The notes: generated from the letters alone by a model not told the origin. A stretch of DNA of 64,000 nucleotides from a virus (IMGVR_UViG_3300032167_000004:128001-192000); one strand, 5' to 3'. Positions 30,319 through 41,733 are shown, counted from the first letter of the stretch. Translations and numbers: made by a program.

Positions 30319-30431
30319 ACTTATTTGTTAATATATTAATAAAAAATAATTTACATTAAATGGAAAATAAAATATATATTATTATAGTATCATATGAGAA
30401 CGATACTCATTAAAACGGAAAGGAAAAAGAA

Positions 30432-31139
30432 ATGAAAAAGTATGAATTAACAAATGAAATTATTGAAGTCAATGGTCATATTCTTCATAGAATTATATCA
30501 TTGAAAAATTTCTTTAATGTTAAAATTGGTGATCTTGGTGGATTTGTAGAAAGTGAAAATAATCTTTGTCAAATTGATAATTCATGGATTGATAGTGAAG
30601 CATGTGTGTATGAAAATGCTAGAGTGTTCGATAATGCATATGTTTTCGATAAAGCAAAGATTTATGGTAATGCACATATTTTTGGATCTTCTATAGTTTT
30701 TGGTTATGCTACTGTACATAATAATGCTAAAGTATATAATCATGCATCTGTAGCTGGACATTCAGTAATATTTGGTGATGCTACCATTCAAGGTAGTGCT
30801 AGGGTTTTTGGTGATGCTAAAGTATTTGGTTTTGTAAATGTAACAGAAATGGCATCCGTTTTTGGAAAATGTAGTGTATCTGGACATGCAAGAATTAGAG
30901 ACATGGCTTCAGTATATGATCGTGCAATTGTTTCTGATGATGCAGAGATTATGCATAGTTCATCCGTGTATGGTAATGCTCAAGTGTATGGTAATGCTAC
31001 TATTAAAGGATGTTCTGAAATTACTGGAAATGTTAAAGTCTATGACCATGCTAGTATTGAAGGATTTACTAAAATATGTAATAATATGCATTATTGTAAT
31101 AATATGATTATTAGGGATGACAGAATAATTAATATGTGA
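30432..31139 (+). CDS. Left-handed beta-helix hexapeptide-repeat protein
   Basis: MKKYELT..HRII..GDLGGFVESENNL N-terminus plus many (N/D)AxV(F/Y)G repeats. Confidence 0.85.
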   Translation: MKKYELTNEIIEVNGHILHRIISLKNFFNVKIGDLGGFVESENNLCQIDNSWIDSEACVYENARVFDNAYVFDKAKIYGNAHIFGSSIVFGYATVHNNAKVYNHASVAGHSVIFGDATIQGSARVFGDAKVFGFVNVTEMASVFGKCSVSGHARIRDMASVYDRAIVSDDAEIMHSSSVYGNAQVYGNATIKGCSEITGNVKVYDHASIEGFTKICNNMHYCNNMIIRDDRIINM

Positions 31140-31200
31140 TTTAAATAAAAAAGAAACCTTAATTGGTTTCTTTTTTTTTGTATGTTCCCGAAAAAAAATA

Positions 31201-31232
31201 AGAGAGTATATGGATATTTCCATATACTCTCT
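31201..31232. terminator. Bidirectional hairpin terminator between convergent genes
   Basis: AGAGAGTATATGGA-TATT-TCCATATACTCTCT. Confidence 0.65.
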
Positions 31233-31238
31233 TTAGTA

Positions 31239-33076
31239 TTAAATTTTAATAAGTTTAACAGGAATACCAGTTTTCCCTGTACTAATCATTCTTTTACCTT
31301 TACTTAATCTAGGTAATTCTGCTAATTCCTCAGTATCAATAACTTCTACACTATTCTTACAATATAATTTAAATTTTTCATTACCTCTAATAGTCTGAAT
31401 TGTAAAGATACTATCACCATCATTCAATGTAATAATTCGCATAGGATCATTTGCTCTCTTTTTATTGACAAATGTATCAATAGGAGATTTCTTAACAACA
31501 CCATTATTAGTAATTACTAAGAGATATTTATCTTTAGGATTAATAATATCAAGACCAATGATTTCTTCACCATTATCTAAATTCATAGCTTTTACGCCAG
31601 AACTCATTCGTCCAGTTTCTCTAATTTCTTCAGAATTAAATCTAATTCCAAATCCATTATTGTTATATACTAAGATTTCAGATTCACCAAGCAATGTTTT
31701 TACACATACTAAACTATCATCATCTTTCACAATTAATCCTAATAATTCATTTCTCATATTAGTATACGCAGAGGCTAAAGTTTTCTTAATAAGACCATTC
31801 TTAGTAATCATTAAGAAATATACAGGATCTTTAATTTTTTCAATAATTTCATCTGTAGGTTTAACTTTTACAGTAACAATATTACCACTTAGATTGCTAC
31901 AGTATTCTTTCAATGAGTGACCTTCACTATTAAGAACACAACCCTGTACGTTGTATACTGATAACTTATTAATTTTACCATTATCTTCAAATAATAATAA
32001 GTCATTAGTATTTCTACATTTAATTACTTCGATAGGAATATCTCCTTTTCCGATAAGTCCAATGTCCTTGACATTATCAGGAAGTTTCTTAATCATTCCA
32101 TTCTTAGTAATTACAATTAAATGACCACTATCTTTAACTTTTACTTCATTATTTATAGTAATAATTTTACTGCGTCTTTCTTCACCAAATAATTTTATTC
32201 CTTCTTTTAATTCATCAATAATAATCTTATCGATTTTCTTAGCAGAACGAACAATCTTATTTAATTTTTCAACAGTCTTATCAATTTCTTCTTTTTCTTT
32301 AATATACTTTTTATATGCTTCTTTACTGAAAGCATTTAGTCTCATATCAGAAATTGTTTCAGCCTGTAAAGAAGTGATACCATATTCCTTCATCAGTCTA
32401 GAAATTATTTCTTTTCTATTTTCAGATTTCTTAATAATAGACATAGTCTTTTCAGCATTATCTTTATTAAGAATAAATAACATAATTTCCAGAATATGTT
32501 GTCTTTCTTTAGCAGTCATTAATTGAGTATTGAAGATACAACGCTTGGTCTCTCTTCTAAAATCGATCCAAGTCTGTAATACAGATTTAATATTATAATC
32601 ATTATCTGCATAATCTTCAATTAATTTAAAATTAACATTAAAAGTTTTTTCCATATTTGTCTTGCTATAAATCATATTTACAACAGTATATGGATCAACT
32701 TCTTTCTTAAGAAAAATCTGATAATGCATATTATTAAATTCAGTCATATCTTTGAAATCTCTCATCATATTAGATTTGCCATTATTTAATAATTCAAAGA
32801 TAGGTCTCTTTAATTTTTCCCAAGAAGTCATTAAAGGAGTAGATCTAATATTTAAGATATTATTATCTTCATCAATTTCAATAACACCTCTCATTTTAAA
32901 TCTACCTTTACCAGTTTTACAAATCTCAGGGAATTGACCCTCATCAACGATATATGCACCAGAAGATGAATCTGGATATAGCATGACAACATCAATATCA
33001 GGATTTTCAATTAAATCAATCGTTGCTTCTAAAACTTCCTTTAGGTTATACGTACATATCGACGTTGATAAACCAT
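31239..33076 (-). CDS. gyrA: DNA gyrase/topoisomerase II subunit A, exon 2 (spliced product 798 aa)
   Basis: Frame open upstream of the listed ATG as (Y)GLSTSICTYNLKEVLEA, equivalent to GyrA GMATNIPPHNLxEV; QAETISDMRL; C-terminal beta-pinwheel repeats (ITKNGLIKK, GRMSSGVKAM). Confidence 0.9.
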
Positions 33077-34037
33077 CTTATATGTTTAAATAAGTTTGTA
33101 ATTCTTATCCCTTTAAATTTTAAAGCTCTATATTACTATAGAGAACAGACTATATCATCAACCTATATACTGTTACCATATATAGGTTGCTCTCCATTTC
33201 CATCTTACAATTAAGATGTACTCTACTCAGTTACTCTCATAAGTATTTCTCTTATGATACCTTTTCGATAGTCGTTGAACCTTCCTTATATTTATTTACA
33301 ATATTAGGGTGTCGATCCCCTTTTCTTAAATGAGTTATTAAAGCTGTTAATCTAGTGTTATCTTGATCAATATATTTATCTAAAATATAACACTTTATAT
33401 AATCATTTTTGTATTTATATACATATATCATTTGACATAGTTCATCAATAAAATCATCACTATATAGTTTGTTACCTCCACCATTACTATGATAACCATT
33501 TTCAACAGCATCCATTTGGTTTAAGTAATTATTACTCCATTCTAGATTTTCATAATAATTTTCTAGTGAATCATTATTACGATGATGTACAAAATCAAAT
33601 TCATCAGGGTTAGGATTGGGAACAAATTCCCAAGCAACTAATCTATGTATATTAACATCAACATATTTTCGCTTTTTATCAACTTTATCAGACTTTATTA
33701 ATACTACTTGCAAATATGATCTAGTTTGACCATTATCTCTAACTTGAGTTTTTATTGCAGGTTTTAGTATTTTCTTTGTCTTTTTACTATAAACTCTACC
33801 ATGATTACTAATTAAATATGTATTAGGTTTAACAGTAGGGTATGTGACATATTTCCATACTTCAGGTAATTTTATGAAAATATATAACATTTTTATATCA
33901 TCTCCTTTCATTTAATATTTTTTCGACATTTATAATTTATAAAATATAAGGCTTGGCTGCTGATTATCCATATAGGATGTTCCAGCAATTAAGAGAGTTT
34001 TCTGTATATATTACATATACAGGGACTAGTTAATTTA
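33077..34037 (-). mobile_element. Group I intron (IA-like) in gyrA
   Basis: P1 GGAU|U paired with AGUCC (U·G at splice site); core AATTGCTGGAA, AATCAGCAGCCAAG, GTTCAACGACTA, GATATAGTCT; terminal G; splicing restores GIG-Y-GLST in frame. Confidence 0.9.
33252..33911 (-). CDS. Intron-encoded NUMOD4-HNH homing endonuclease (I-HmuI-like)
   Basis: EVWK..YLISNHGRVYS (NUMOD4); IHRLVAWEF..VHHRNND..N...NLEW (HNH); the end (EGSTTIE) overlaps the intron R element; likely start 33890. Confidence 0.9.
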   Translation of the reverse strand: MKGDDIKMLYIFIKLPEVWKYVTYPTVKPNTYLISNHGRVYSKKTKKILKPAIKTQVRDNGQTRSYLQVVLIKSDKVDKKRKYVDVNIHRLVAWEFVPNPNPDEFDFVHHRNNDSLENYYENLEWSNNYLNQMDAVENGYHSNGGGNKLYSDDFIDELCQMIYVYKYKNDYIKCYILDKYIDQDNTRLTALITHLRKGDRHPNIVNKYKEGSTTIEKVS

Positions 34038-34596
34038 ATCCAATTCCAAATGTATTATTAATCATCACATTAGGATATTTAGCAGGTAAATATTCCGGCT
34101 CAACCATAGTTCCTAAATAATTTAATTTAGTATTGACAATTTTATCGTTATATTCTTCGAAGAAACATTTATACGCATAATGTGTAAGTTTAGCTTCAAT
34201 ATATCGACCATCGGCAGCAGGAGCACCTGCAGGATCACCAAAGTTACCATAACCATATATAGTACATTGAATATTATTCCAAGGTTGAGCTAATTTTACT
34301 AATGTATCTTCTACAGCAGAATCACCGTGAGGATGATAATTTAATACATTACCTACAATACTTTTAACTTTTGTGGTTTCTCCATCATATTTTAAACCCA
34401 TCTTATACATGGTATAAAGAATTCTTCTTTCACCAGGTTTTAAACCATCTACGACAACTGGAATGTGTCGAACAAGATTTGTATTAGCACCAAAAATTTG
34501 CATATAAGATGAACATGCATCTGCAATATTAACAGTTTCTATATTAGAACTATAAGTTTCTACACTTACTTTATTATTTTTATTTTTTTCCTTCAT
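34038..34596 (-). CDS. gyrA: DNA gyrase/topoisomerase II subunit A, exon 1
   Basis: RHIP..DGLKPGERRILY, YHPHGDSA, GNFGD, RYIEA (catalytic Tyr), EPEYLPAKYP. Confidence 0.92.
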
Positions 34597-34748
34597 ATTT
34601 AATATTCACCTCATTAAATATATTACTTACATATAGTTTTGTTGAATTAGAAATATCTTTCTAATTGACTATATTAATAATATATATTTAAAAAGAATTA
34701 TAAAAAAAGAAAGTGGTAAATAAATACCACTTTCTTTTTATAGATTAA

Positions 34749-35786
34749 TTACTTATTTCTCATTTCACCATATACAGAAGACATTTGAACTTTTTCAGGA
34801 GGTGCTTCCTCACACATTCTAAGTCCAAAGATATCTTCTACCATGTACTTAGAAAGTCTTTCAGGGAATACAAAACCTGCACTAAGAGGATGTCCACCAC
34901 CCTTAGGACTAAAGGTCTTTGCAATCTCAGCAAGATTAACATTAGCTTCTTCAATAGCTCTCAAAGAAACTACTGAAGTATCAGGGTTAATAATTGCAGC
35001 AAACTTAATATCTTTTACATTCTTAGCAATATAATTACCAAGCTCAGAGATATAATTTTCTGCAAATACATAAGCAATATTGTATGCACCAAGATTCAGA
35101 ATTTTTACGTTACTCATCTTTTGATTAATGTAACGCTTTTTTCTATTCTCTTCAAGTTCAATAATTTCACATTCACCAGGACTAATATATTCATAACTAA
35201 ATGCATCCAATCGATGAGTAATGATTTTACTAAACCTTTTAGTTCCGAAAATGCCGAAAATAGTATTTAAATTCTTAGCATAAATACCGTCTTCACCATT
35301 CTTGGTCCAATCCCAGGTATCCCAAAGACGTACATATTCAATATATCCATTAATTACTTTTTCTTTTTCGAAGTTTGTTTCATCGTCCCAGTTGAAATAA
35401 TAATCCTTTAAATGCAACCAGAACAGTTCTGCACCACAAGTTTTACGATTACCGTAAGACTCACGTACAATCGCCCATTCATATTTACTATTTACGTAAT
35501 TAGATCTATGATGGTCTAACATTCTAAATTTATACTTATTAACTTCATCAATAAGCTTACCGGTAGCTTCTTTGATTACCAAATCAGTAATAAATACTTT
35601 ATTAAACTTCAAGTATTCATCACTTTTAATAAACTCATTGATCTGGGTATCAACATCTTTAGGAGTACAGTATGTAATATCTACATTATCCCCAAAGATT
35701 ACAGTTGCGAGAATACCACAACTAATACCATCCAGATCACTGTCGGTAAATAACTTAATACGCTCATTATTGCTCATAGTTTTCAT
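34749..35786 (-). CDS. DHH/DHHA1 phosphoesterase (NrnB-like)
   Basis: DSDLDG, ITDL, LDHH, SLR, GGGHPLSAG motifs. Confidence 0.88.
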   Translation of the reverse strand: MKTMSNNERIKLFTDSDLDGISCGILATVIFGDNVDITYCTPKDVDTQINEFIKSDEYLKFNKVFITDLVIKEATGKLIDEVNKYKFRMLDHHRSNYVNSKYEWAIVRESYGNRKTCGAELFWLHLKDYYFNWDDETNFEKEKVINGYIEYVRLWDTWDWTKNGEDGIYAKNLNTIFGIFGTKRFSKIITHRLDAFSYEYISPGECEIIELEENRKKRYINQKMSNVKILNLGAYNIAYVFAENYISELGNYIAKNVKDIKFAAIINPDTSVVSLRAIEEANVNLAEIAKTFSPKGGGHPLSAGFVFPERLSKYMVEDIFGLRMCEEAPPEKVQMSSVYGEMRNK

Positions 35787-35847
35787 TGTCCTTTCATTTT
35801 ATATTATTACTATAATTATAATATATAATTAAAATTATAGATAATAC

Positions 35848-36177
35848 TTATTTTGTATTATTAATAAATTTCACATTCTCTTCAATCAATAATTTAATTT
35901 TACGATTTACAAAATATTTTAAATCATTAAAGTCTGTATGATTAGTAATTATATAGTCACCAGTGATAATATTAACAATAGGACTTTCATAATTTAAAAT
36001 TAATTCATATAATCCTTCTTGATTAATCTCACCATTATAAATCATATTATATACTTTAGAATGAACTGCAATGGTTAATCCTGCTTCATAAATAGCATCT
36101 CCACGTAACATTCCCAGCATATCTATAAATTCCTGTTTATCTTCTTGTAAACGTTGCTTTGCTTTTAATTCTTTCAT
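35848..36177 (-). CDS. Hypothetical protein
   Basis: 109-aa ORF with RBS AGGAG in the gyrB operon. Confidence 0.6.
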   Translation of the reverse strand: MKELKAKQRLQEDKQEFIDMLGMLRGDAIYEAGLTIAVHSKVYNMIYNGEINQEGLYELILNYESPIVNIITGDYIITNHTDFNDLKYFVNRKIKLLIEENVKFINNTK

Positions 36178-36195
36178 TATAATATAGCTCCTATA

Positions 36196-36474
36196 TTATA
36201 CTTCTACAATATACCAGTCTTCTGCAAGACAATCTCTAGTAGAGGGAGCCCACATGGCATGAGAACCATCCGTTGTACTGATCTGAAGATAAGGATCACA
36301 TTTGAAAAGATCACCTTCATTTAAACCCCATGCTTCAGCAGTCTGTTTGTTGCAAGGGATTCCCTGAGGATATCCCTTTTGATAAACAACAAACATACCT
36401 TTTCCGTTCCAACCCTGTCTAGCAACTTTCTTACCAGACTTTACTGCTTTCAAAGCTTCACCAAAATCAAACAT
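36196..36474 (-). CDS. tad2: DUF2829 / Tad2-like anti-Thoeris nucleotide sponge
   Basis: FDFGEALKAVKSGKKVARQGWNGKGMFV...PYL...WAPSTRDCLAEDW signature. Confidence 0.8.
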   Translation of the reverse strand: MFDFGEALKAVKSGKKVARQGWNGKGMFVVYQKGYPQGIPCNKQTAEAWGLNEGDLFKCDPYLQISTTDGSHAMWAPSTRDCLAEDWYIVEV

Positions 36475-36488
36475 ATTATTTCCTCCTA

Positions 36489-38879
36489 TTAATTATCAAG
36501 ATCTTCTCTATCAATCTTGAAGTGTTCCATTAATAATCTTCTTTCAGAAGAATCATCACCATGTAAAATATTAAATTTCTCTAAATCTCTTTCCATATCA
36601 GAAATAGATAATCTAATAAGAATTCTATTTCTAGGGTCAAGAGATTGATCTCTTAAATCTGCAGCAGGTAATTCACCGATTCCCTTATAACGAGTTTTAA
36701 TAACAGGTTGATATTTCTGAGCCATCGATAAGAAATTACCAAGACTCATTATACCTTTATCAATAACTCCATCCTTAGTCTTTTCATAGACATCTAAATA
36801 CATAGTTTTATTTTCAGTATGGATAAAATCTTCTAATTCTTTTACTCTCTTATCGAAAATTTTATCCATAATAAGAATTTGATATCTTCCTTCATAAATA
36901 CCAGTTAATACATTGTCTTCATCAATACCTAATTCAGGGAAAATCTTTTTAAATTTTTTATAAAAATCTTTCTCTGTACGATGAATCAAAATATATTCTA
37001 ATATATTAGGATTAATAACGATTCTATTAGATAAACGAATTAATTCTTCAAGATAATTCTTATTAATCATAAGAAGTTCTTGTAATTCTTTATCTGTATA
37101 AAATCTATTAGTTCCTGGCATTTTTACACTAAGATTATCTCTAACTTGTCTTTCAAAGATTTCTACAAATTCTTTTTTATTAAGAACAAATTCTTTATAT
37201 TTACTCTTAATTTTATATAAAGGAGTTACAGCCTTATATAATCTACCGTCTTTAACAATCTCAGGAAGATGTGTCATAAAGAATGCTGATAATAATGATG
37301 TAATATTAAATCCGTCAGAGTCTGCGTCAGCCATAATTATGATCTTATCATATCTTAATTTAGACATATCGAATTTATGACCACAGTTACATCCAAGAAT
37401 TTTAATAAGATTATTAAATTCAGCATTTAATAACACTTTGTCAATATTTAGCCCAAATGAATTAAGAGGAACACCTCTAATACTGAAAACTGCCTGAGTG
37501 TCTCTATCGAATCTAGCCGAATTCACAGAGCCACGAGCACTCTTACCCTCAATAATAAGGAGTTCTCGATATTCATTCTTACCTCTATTATTTGCAGGAA
37601 TAAAATTTTCCATTAAGTGTTCTTCAAAGCTATTAGTTTCTCCTCTAATAACTGAATTTCTGACCTTAGTAGATTCTATTCTTGCTTTAGCATTTGTCTT
37701 AACCCTATCAATAAGCTTCTTTAACTCTTTAGGATTTTTACCGAAGTATTCATTAAGAGATTTATAAGTCATTTCTCTTAAAGGTTTAAAGAACTCATTA
37801 CTACCAAGTTTTGATTTAGTCTGACCTGTAAACTGAGGATTCATATCTGTGCTTAAATTAACAGCTAAGAATAATCCTTGTGAAGCATCAGTAAATATAA
37901 TATCTATTTTATTAGATTCTCTTTCAGATAAAGAATCTTTTGTTTTCTTAGTTAAAAACTGCAATATGGCAGTTTTGACAGCATCAACATGTGTACCCTG
38001 ATCTACAGTATTAACGAAATTACAGAAAGATTCACTTTCAAATTCTACACTAGAAGAATTATAAGTAAACGCCACTTCAAGTCCAATAAATCTATCGATT
38101 ACTCTATCATGAATAGTTTCTTTAACTTTCATGGTTTCAATAAAAGTTATTGGATCTAAAAGAGGTCGTGTACATAACTTCTTAACTAAGTCGTATAAAC
38201 CATTCTTATTAGAATACTTTTTATTGACAAGTGATTCTTTTCCTTTTTTCTTAATACTAAGATTGATTTTAATATCAGATGGGATAAGGTATACAATCTT
38301 TTCAACCCAATTAATTAAATCATCAGAATTAATATCACAATCTTTACCCATATATAATCTGGAAGGTTGGATAATAAAAGTTGTACCATGTTTATCTTTA
38401 TTTTTAATTTTAGTAGTAGATTGAGGTTCAATCAATTTACCTTCACTAAAACTTACTTTAGATTTTTCACCATATCTATAAGATATAATTTCAAATCTGT
38501 TAGACAAGGCATTGCAACAAGTTAGGCCTACGCCGTTCTCGCCTGCACTATTAGCACCAGAACCTTCACGAGTAAATTTAGATCCTGATTGTAATGTAGT
38601 ACATACTAATATTAAATTTTTAAAATCAATACCTCTACCATTATCAGATACAGTTATTTCATTTTCACCCTCATCTAAAAATATATCTATATTATTAGCA
38701 GGTGAATTTTTATTAATACATTCATCAATAGCGTTATTGATTAATTCTTTACAAAGATGAAGAGCACCCATAGAACCCGTTTGTGCAATATACATATTCG
38801 GTTTCACTTGGACTTTCTCAATATCACTGACTATATGCTCTATTTTATCATCTATAAATTTTTTTGTTTCTTCAATCAT
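36489..38879 (-). CDS. gyrB: DNA gyrase/topoisomerase II subunit B
   Basis: ELINNAIDE, DNGRGI, GENGVG (GHKL ATPase); IEGKSA, IRG, IMADADSDG (TOPRIM); RYKGIGE. Confidence 0.93.
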   Translation of the reverse strand: MIEETKKFIDDKIEHIVSDIEKVQVKPNMYIAQTGSMGALHLCKELINNAIDECINKNSPANNIDIFLDEGENEITVSDNGRGIDFKNLILVCTTLQSGSKFTREGSGANSAGENGVGLTCCNALSNRFEIISYRYGEKSKVSFSEGKLIEPQSTTKIKNKDKHGTTFIIQPSRLYMGKDCDINSDDLINWVEKIVYLIPSDIKINLSIKKKGKESLVNKKYSNKNGLYDLVKKLCTRPLLDPITFIETMKVKETIHDRVIDRFIGLEVAFTYNSSSVEFESESFCNFVNTVDQGTHVDAVKTAILQFLTKKTKDSLSERESNKIDIIFTDASQGLFLAVNLSTDMNPQFTGQTKSKLGSNEFFKPLREMTYKSLNEYFGKNPKELKKLIDRVKTNAKARIESTKVRNSVIRGETNSFEEHLMENFIPANNRGKNEYRELLIIEGKSARGSVNSARFDRDTQAVFSIRGVPLNSFGLNIDKVLLNAEFNNLIKILGCNCGHKFDMSKLRYDKIIIMADADSDGFNITSLLSAFFMTHLPEIVKDGRLYKAVTPLYKIKSKYKEFVLNKKEFVEIFERQVRDNLSVKMPGTNRFYTDKELQELLMINKNYLEELIRLSNRIVINPNILEYILIHRTEKDFYKKFKKIFPELGIDEDNVLTGIYEGRYQILIMDKIFDKRVKELEDFIHTENKTMYLDVYEKTKDGVIDKGIMSLGNFLSMAQKYQPVIKTRYKGIGELPAADLRDQSLDPRNRILIRLSISDMERDLEKFNILHGDDSSERRLLMEHFKIDREDLDN

Positions 38880-39059
38880 AATTGATCACCCTTTCATAGT
38901 TATGTTTAGGGTTTAATTATTTTGTAATATACCCCAGTACTTATAGGGACATAGTAAATAATTTGTTAAAAAAATAGATACGGATAATACCTTATGTGAT
39001 ATTATCCGTATCTATAAATACTAATTAATTACCGGTAATTAATTAATTATTAATATTGA

Positions 39060-39605
39060 TTAATACTTATTTCTCTTTCCGTTGGAAGGAATAAACTCAA
39101 CACTATTAATACCGAAACTACCGAAATCATCGTTACGATTGTGCTTCTTCTTTTTCTTGTCATTCTTACCATACTTGTTGACAACACGTTCATACAGAGT
39201 AGGCATTTCATTCAGATTATACAGCAACTTACCAAGCTGAACCATGATAGACTTTTCCTTTTCAGGATTGTCAGACATTGCCTTAATCTGATTAACCATG
39301 TTACCAATAGTTTCGATAGCTCTTTCATAGTCCTTCTTAGAAACAACATCGAAACTAAATTCTTCACCACACTTCTTACAACGAACTCTATTATTAGAAA
39401 TGAAGTCAACCTTCAGCTTACCATTAGAGTTAGTATGAGAGCAAGGAATCTTAACTTCGTTCCACTTACGCTCAAGCTTTTCTCTTTCAGCTCTAATATC
39501 CTGCAGAGTCAGAATATCATAATCACACTTATTCTTGTGTTCTTTATTCTTCTTCTTGTCCTTCTTTTCCTCGAATCCAAACTGATCCTTGTCAAACTTG
39601 CTCAT
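39060..39605 (-). CDS. Zn-ribbon protein (CxH...CxxC), early and highly expressed
   Basis: PCSH..RCKKCG; biased codons; RBS AGGAGG and early motif upstream. Confidence 0.65.
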   Translation of the reverse strand: MSKFDKDQFGFEEKKDKKKNKEHKNKCDYDILTLQDIRAEREKLERKWNEVKIPCSHTNSNGKLKVDFISNNRVRCKKCGEEFSFDVVSKKDYERAIETIGNMVNQIKAMSDNPEKEKSIMVQLGKLLYNLNEMPTLYERVVNKYGKNDKKKKKHNRNDDFGSFGINSVEFIPSNGKRNKY

Positions 39606-39717
39606 AAAATTTTTGTCCTCCTAAAATAAAAGTTTAATATAAATTTATCAGCAAATAAATTTAATTATTTATCTGTTGATACTTAAATAATATATAATTA
39701 TAATTTATTTTGATTTT

Positions 39718-39996
39718 TTAAGGTCTAATAGAAATACGGTCATATGCTTCAGTAGGAATACCACTATCTCTAACAATAATACATTGTACATTAGATACAT
39801 TTCTAATTACATGGAAAGGATTACCTTTAGAATCAAATGCAATATCTTGAATAGATTCTAAGTCTTCAACATATACATTTGCTAAAGAGAATTCACCCTT
39901 ACCAAAAGTGATAGCACCAGAATTATCGAATCCAATACCAAGAATATTTTCTTCACCATAATAATTAATTAATTTCTTAAATTCTGCACCAGTCAT
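39718..39996 (-). CDS. Hypothetical protein (late)
   Basis: 92 aa, RBS AAGGAG, AACA-N6-TA upstream. Confidence 0.6.
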   Translation of the reverse strand: MTGAEFKKLINYYGEENILGIGFDNSGAITFGKGEFSLANVYVEDLESIQDIAFDSKGNPFHVIRNVSNVQCIIVRDSGIPTEAYDRISIRP

Positions 39997-40128
39997 AATA
40001 TAACACTCCTTTATAATTAATTCAATTACTAATTTGTTTTATAAAGAATTTAAATATAAAATACCATTATTAATAGCTTGTGAAAACATTTATATAAAAA
40101 ACTTTATATAGAAGGGAGTAAAATCCAT

Positions 40129-41733
40129 ATGAGATATTTATATAAGGGTAAAACCAAAATTGGAAAAATTCATGTGAAAACTAAGGTTGATACCTCTTTT
40201 ATTACTGCTGGTCCTGAGGATATCGTTGCTGGTAAAAAAACTATAAATGGCAATTATCAAGAAATTACTGGTACTATGGATGTTAATGAAGTATTAACTG
40301 AATTAACATCTGATGCTACTGCATCTGCTTCTGATATTACTGCTGGTAAGATTGGATATGCTAATGGAAAAAGACTAGTTGGTACTACACCGAGAAGTAT
40401 TGCAGGAACTCTTATGACAAATAGTGTAATTGATACATATCCTGTTGCGGATAATGTAAATATTAACGCAGGTGATTTTGTATCAGTTGATAGTGTTTCA
40501 GATGGGTTTATACGTCATAACACAGGCAATAGTTCTATTAATTCATACAGTACTGGAGCTTCAAATTATTCAAATATTATTCGATTAAATGATTCTAAAG
40601 CATTATTAATATATAGTGATGGAGGAATCAATAATCGTGGTATTACTAAATTTATTACAGTTAACGGTGTTACAACTATATCTAGTCAGAATACAATTTT
40701 TAATGATTCAGAAACAACCAATATACATGCAGTACAATTAACAAATAATTACATTTTAGTAGCATATTTAGGTCATAATGGATTTCAGATAACTAATGAA
40801 TGTAGATTAATTTATATTGATGATACTTTTACAAATATATCTATATCAAATCCTTTTGTATTTTATAATGATATAACTACAAAAATTAATGTTACTAAAT
40901 TAACTAATAATAAATGTATCATCTCATATATATCATCTAAAAAAATATATTCATTAGTTGCAAATATAGATATATATAATAGATTAGTAACCTTCGGCAA
41001 TACAATCTTAATTGAAACTTCGGGTTCTGCAATAGATATTAAATCTGTTAATATTTCAGATACAAAAGTTTTATTTGCATATATTGATAATTTAACTGGA
41101 AAAATTTGTGATTTATCAATAATCAATGATAATATTAATATAGGCACAAGTCAAGTATTTATTAATAATACTGATACTATAAATCTAATAAAAATGTCAA
41201 ATACTAAATTTTTATTATTATTTACAAATAAATCTGATAATAATACATATGCACGTCTTATTTACTATAATAGAGAACGGGCAATATTATTGCCAAATGC
41301 TACTAAAATTTGTGATGGAACTATGAATTTAATAACTGGTATTAAAATATCTACAAATAGAGCATTTGTGATGGGTCTCAGTCCTACATCAACTGCAATA
41401 AATTATATGTATATTATTACTAATCCTATAAATACAATCAATACATCGATAATATGGTCGCATCCAGCTAGTGATCCTAATTATCTAAATGTAATACAGA
41501 TATCTGATCATGTAGCACTTATTATATTTAATAATACAATAAGTATACCTCTACACGGATGTGCTCGGCTATTACAACTTGGTGGACAGATCACTTCTGC
41601 ATTTGATGGATCGATAACTAAGAGTAAATATGTTGTAAATAAATCAACAGGGGTAGGATCAATTACTGGTATTGCAAATACATCTGGATCTTCTGGTGAA
41701 ATAATTGAAGTTATTACCCCTTCAATATCATAA
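40129..41733 (+). CDS. Tail/baseplate-associated protein with beta-propeller-like repeats
   Basis: DATASASDITAGKIGYANG fibre motif; about 50-aa repeats (xLxxxKxLxxY); GIANTSGSSGEII end. Confidence 0.55.
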   Translation: MRYLYKGKTKIGKIHVKTKVDTSFITAGPEDIVAGKKTINGNYQEITGTMDVNEVLTELTSDATASASDITAGKIGYANGKRLVGTTPRSIAGTLMTNSVIDTYPVADNVNINAGDFVSVDSVSDGFIRHNTGNSSINSYSTGASNYSNIIRLNDSKALLIYSDGGINNRGITKFITVNGVTTISSQNTIFNDSETTNIHAVQLTNNYILVAYLGHNGFQITNECRLIYIDDTFTNISISNPFVFYNDITTKINVTKLTNNKCIISYISSKKIYSLVANIDIYNRLVTFGNTILIETSGSAIDIKSVNISDTKVLFAYIDNLTGKICDLSIINDNINIGTSQVFINNTDTINLIKMSNTKFLLLFTNKSDNNTYARLIYYNRERAILLPNATKICDGTMNLITGIKISTNRAFVMGLSPTSTAINYMYIITNPINTINTSIIWSHPASDPNYLNVIQISDHVALIIFNNTISIPLHGCARLLQLGGQITSAFDGSITKSKYVVNKSTGVGSITGIANTSGSSGEIIEVITPSIS

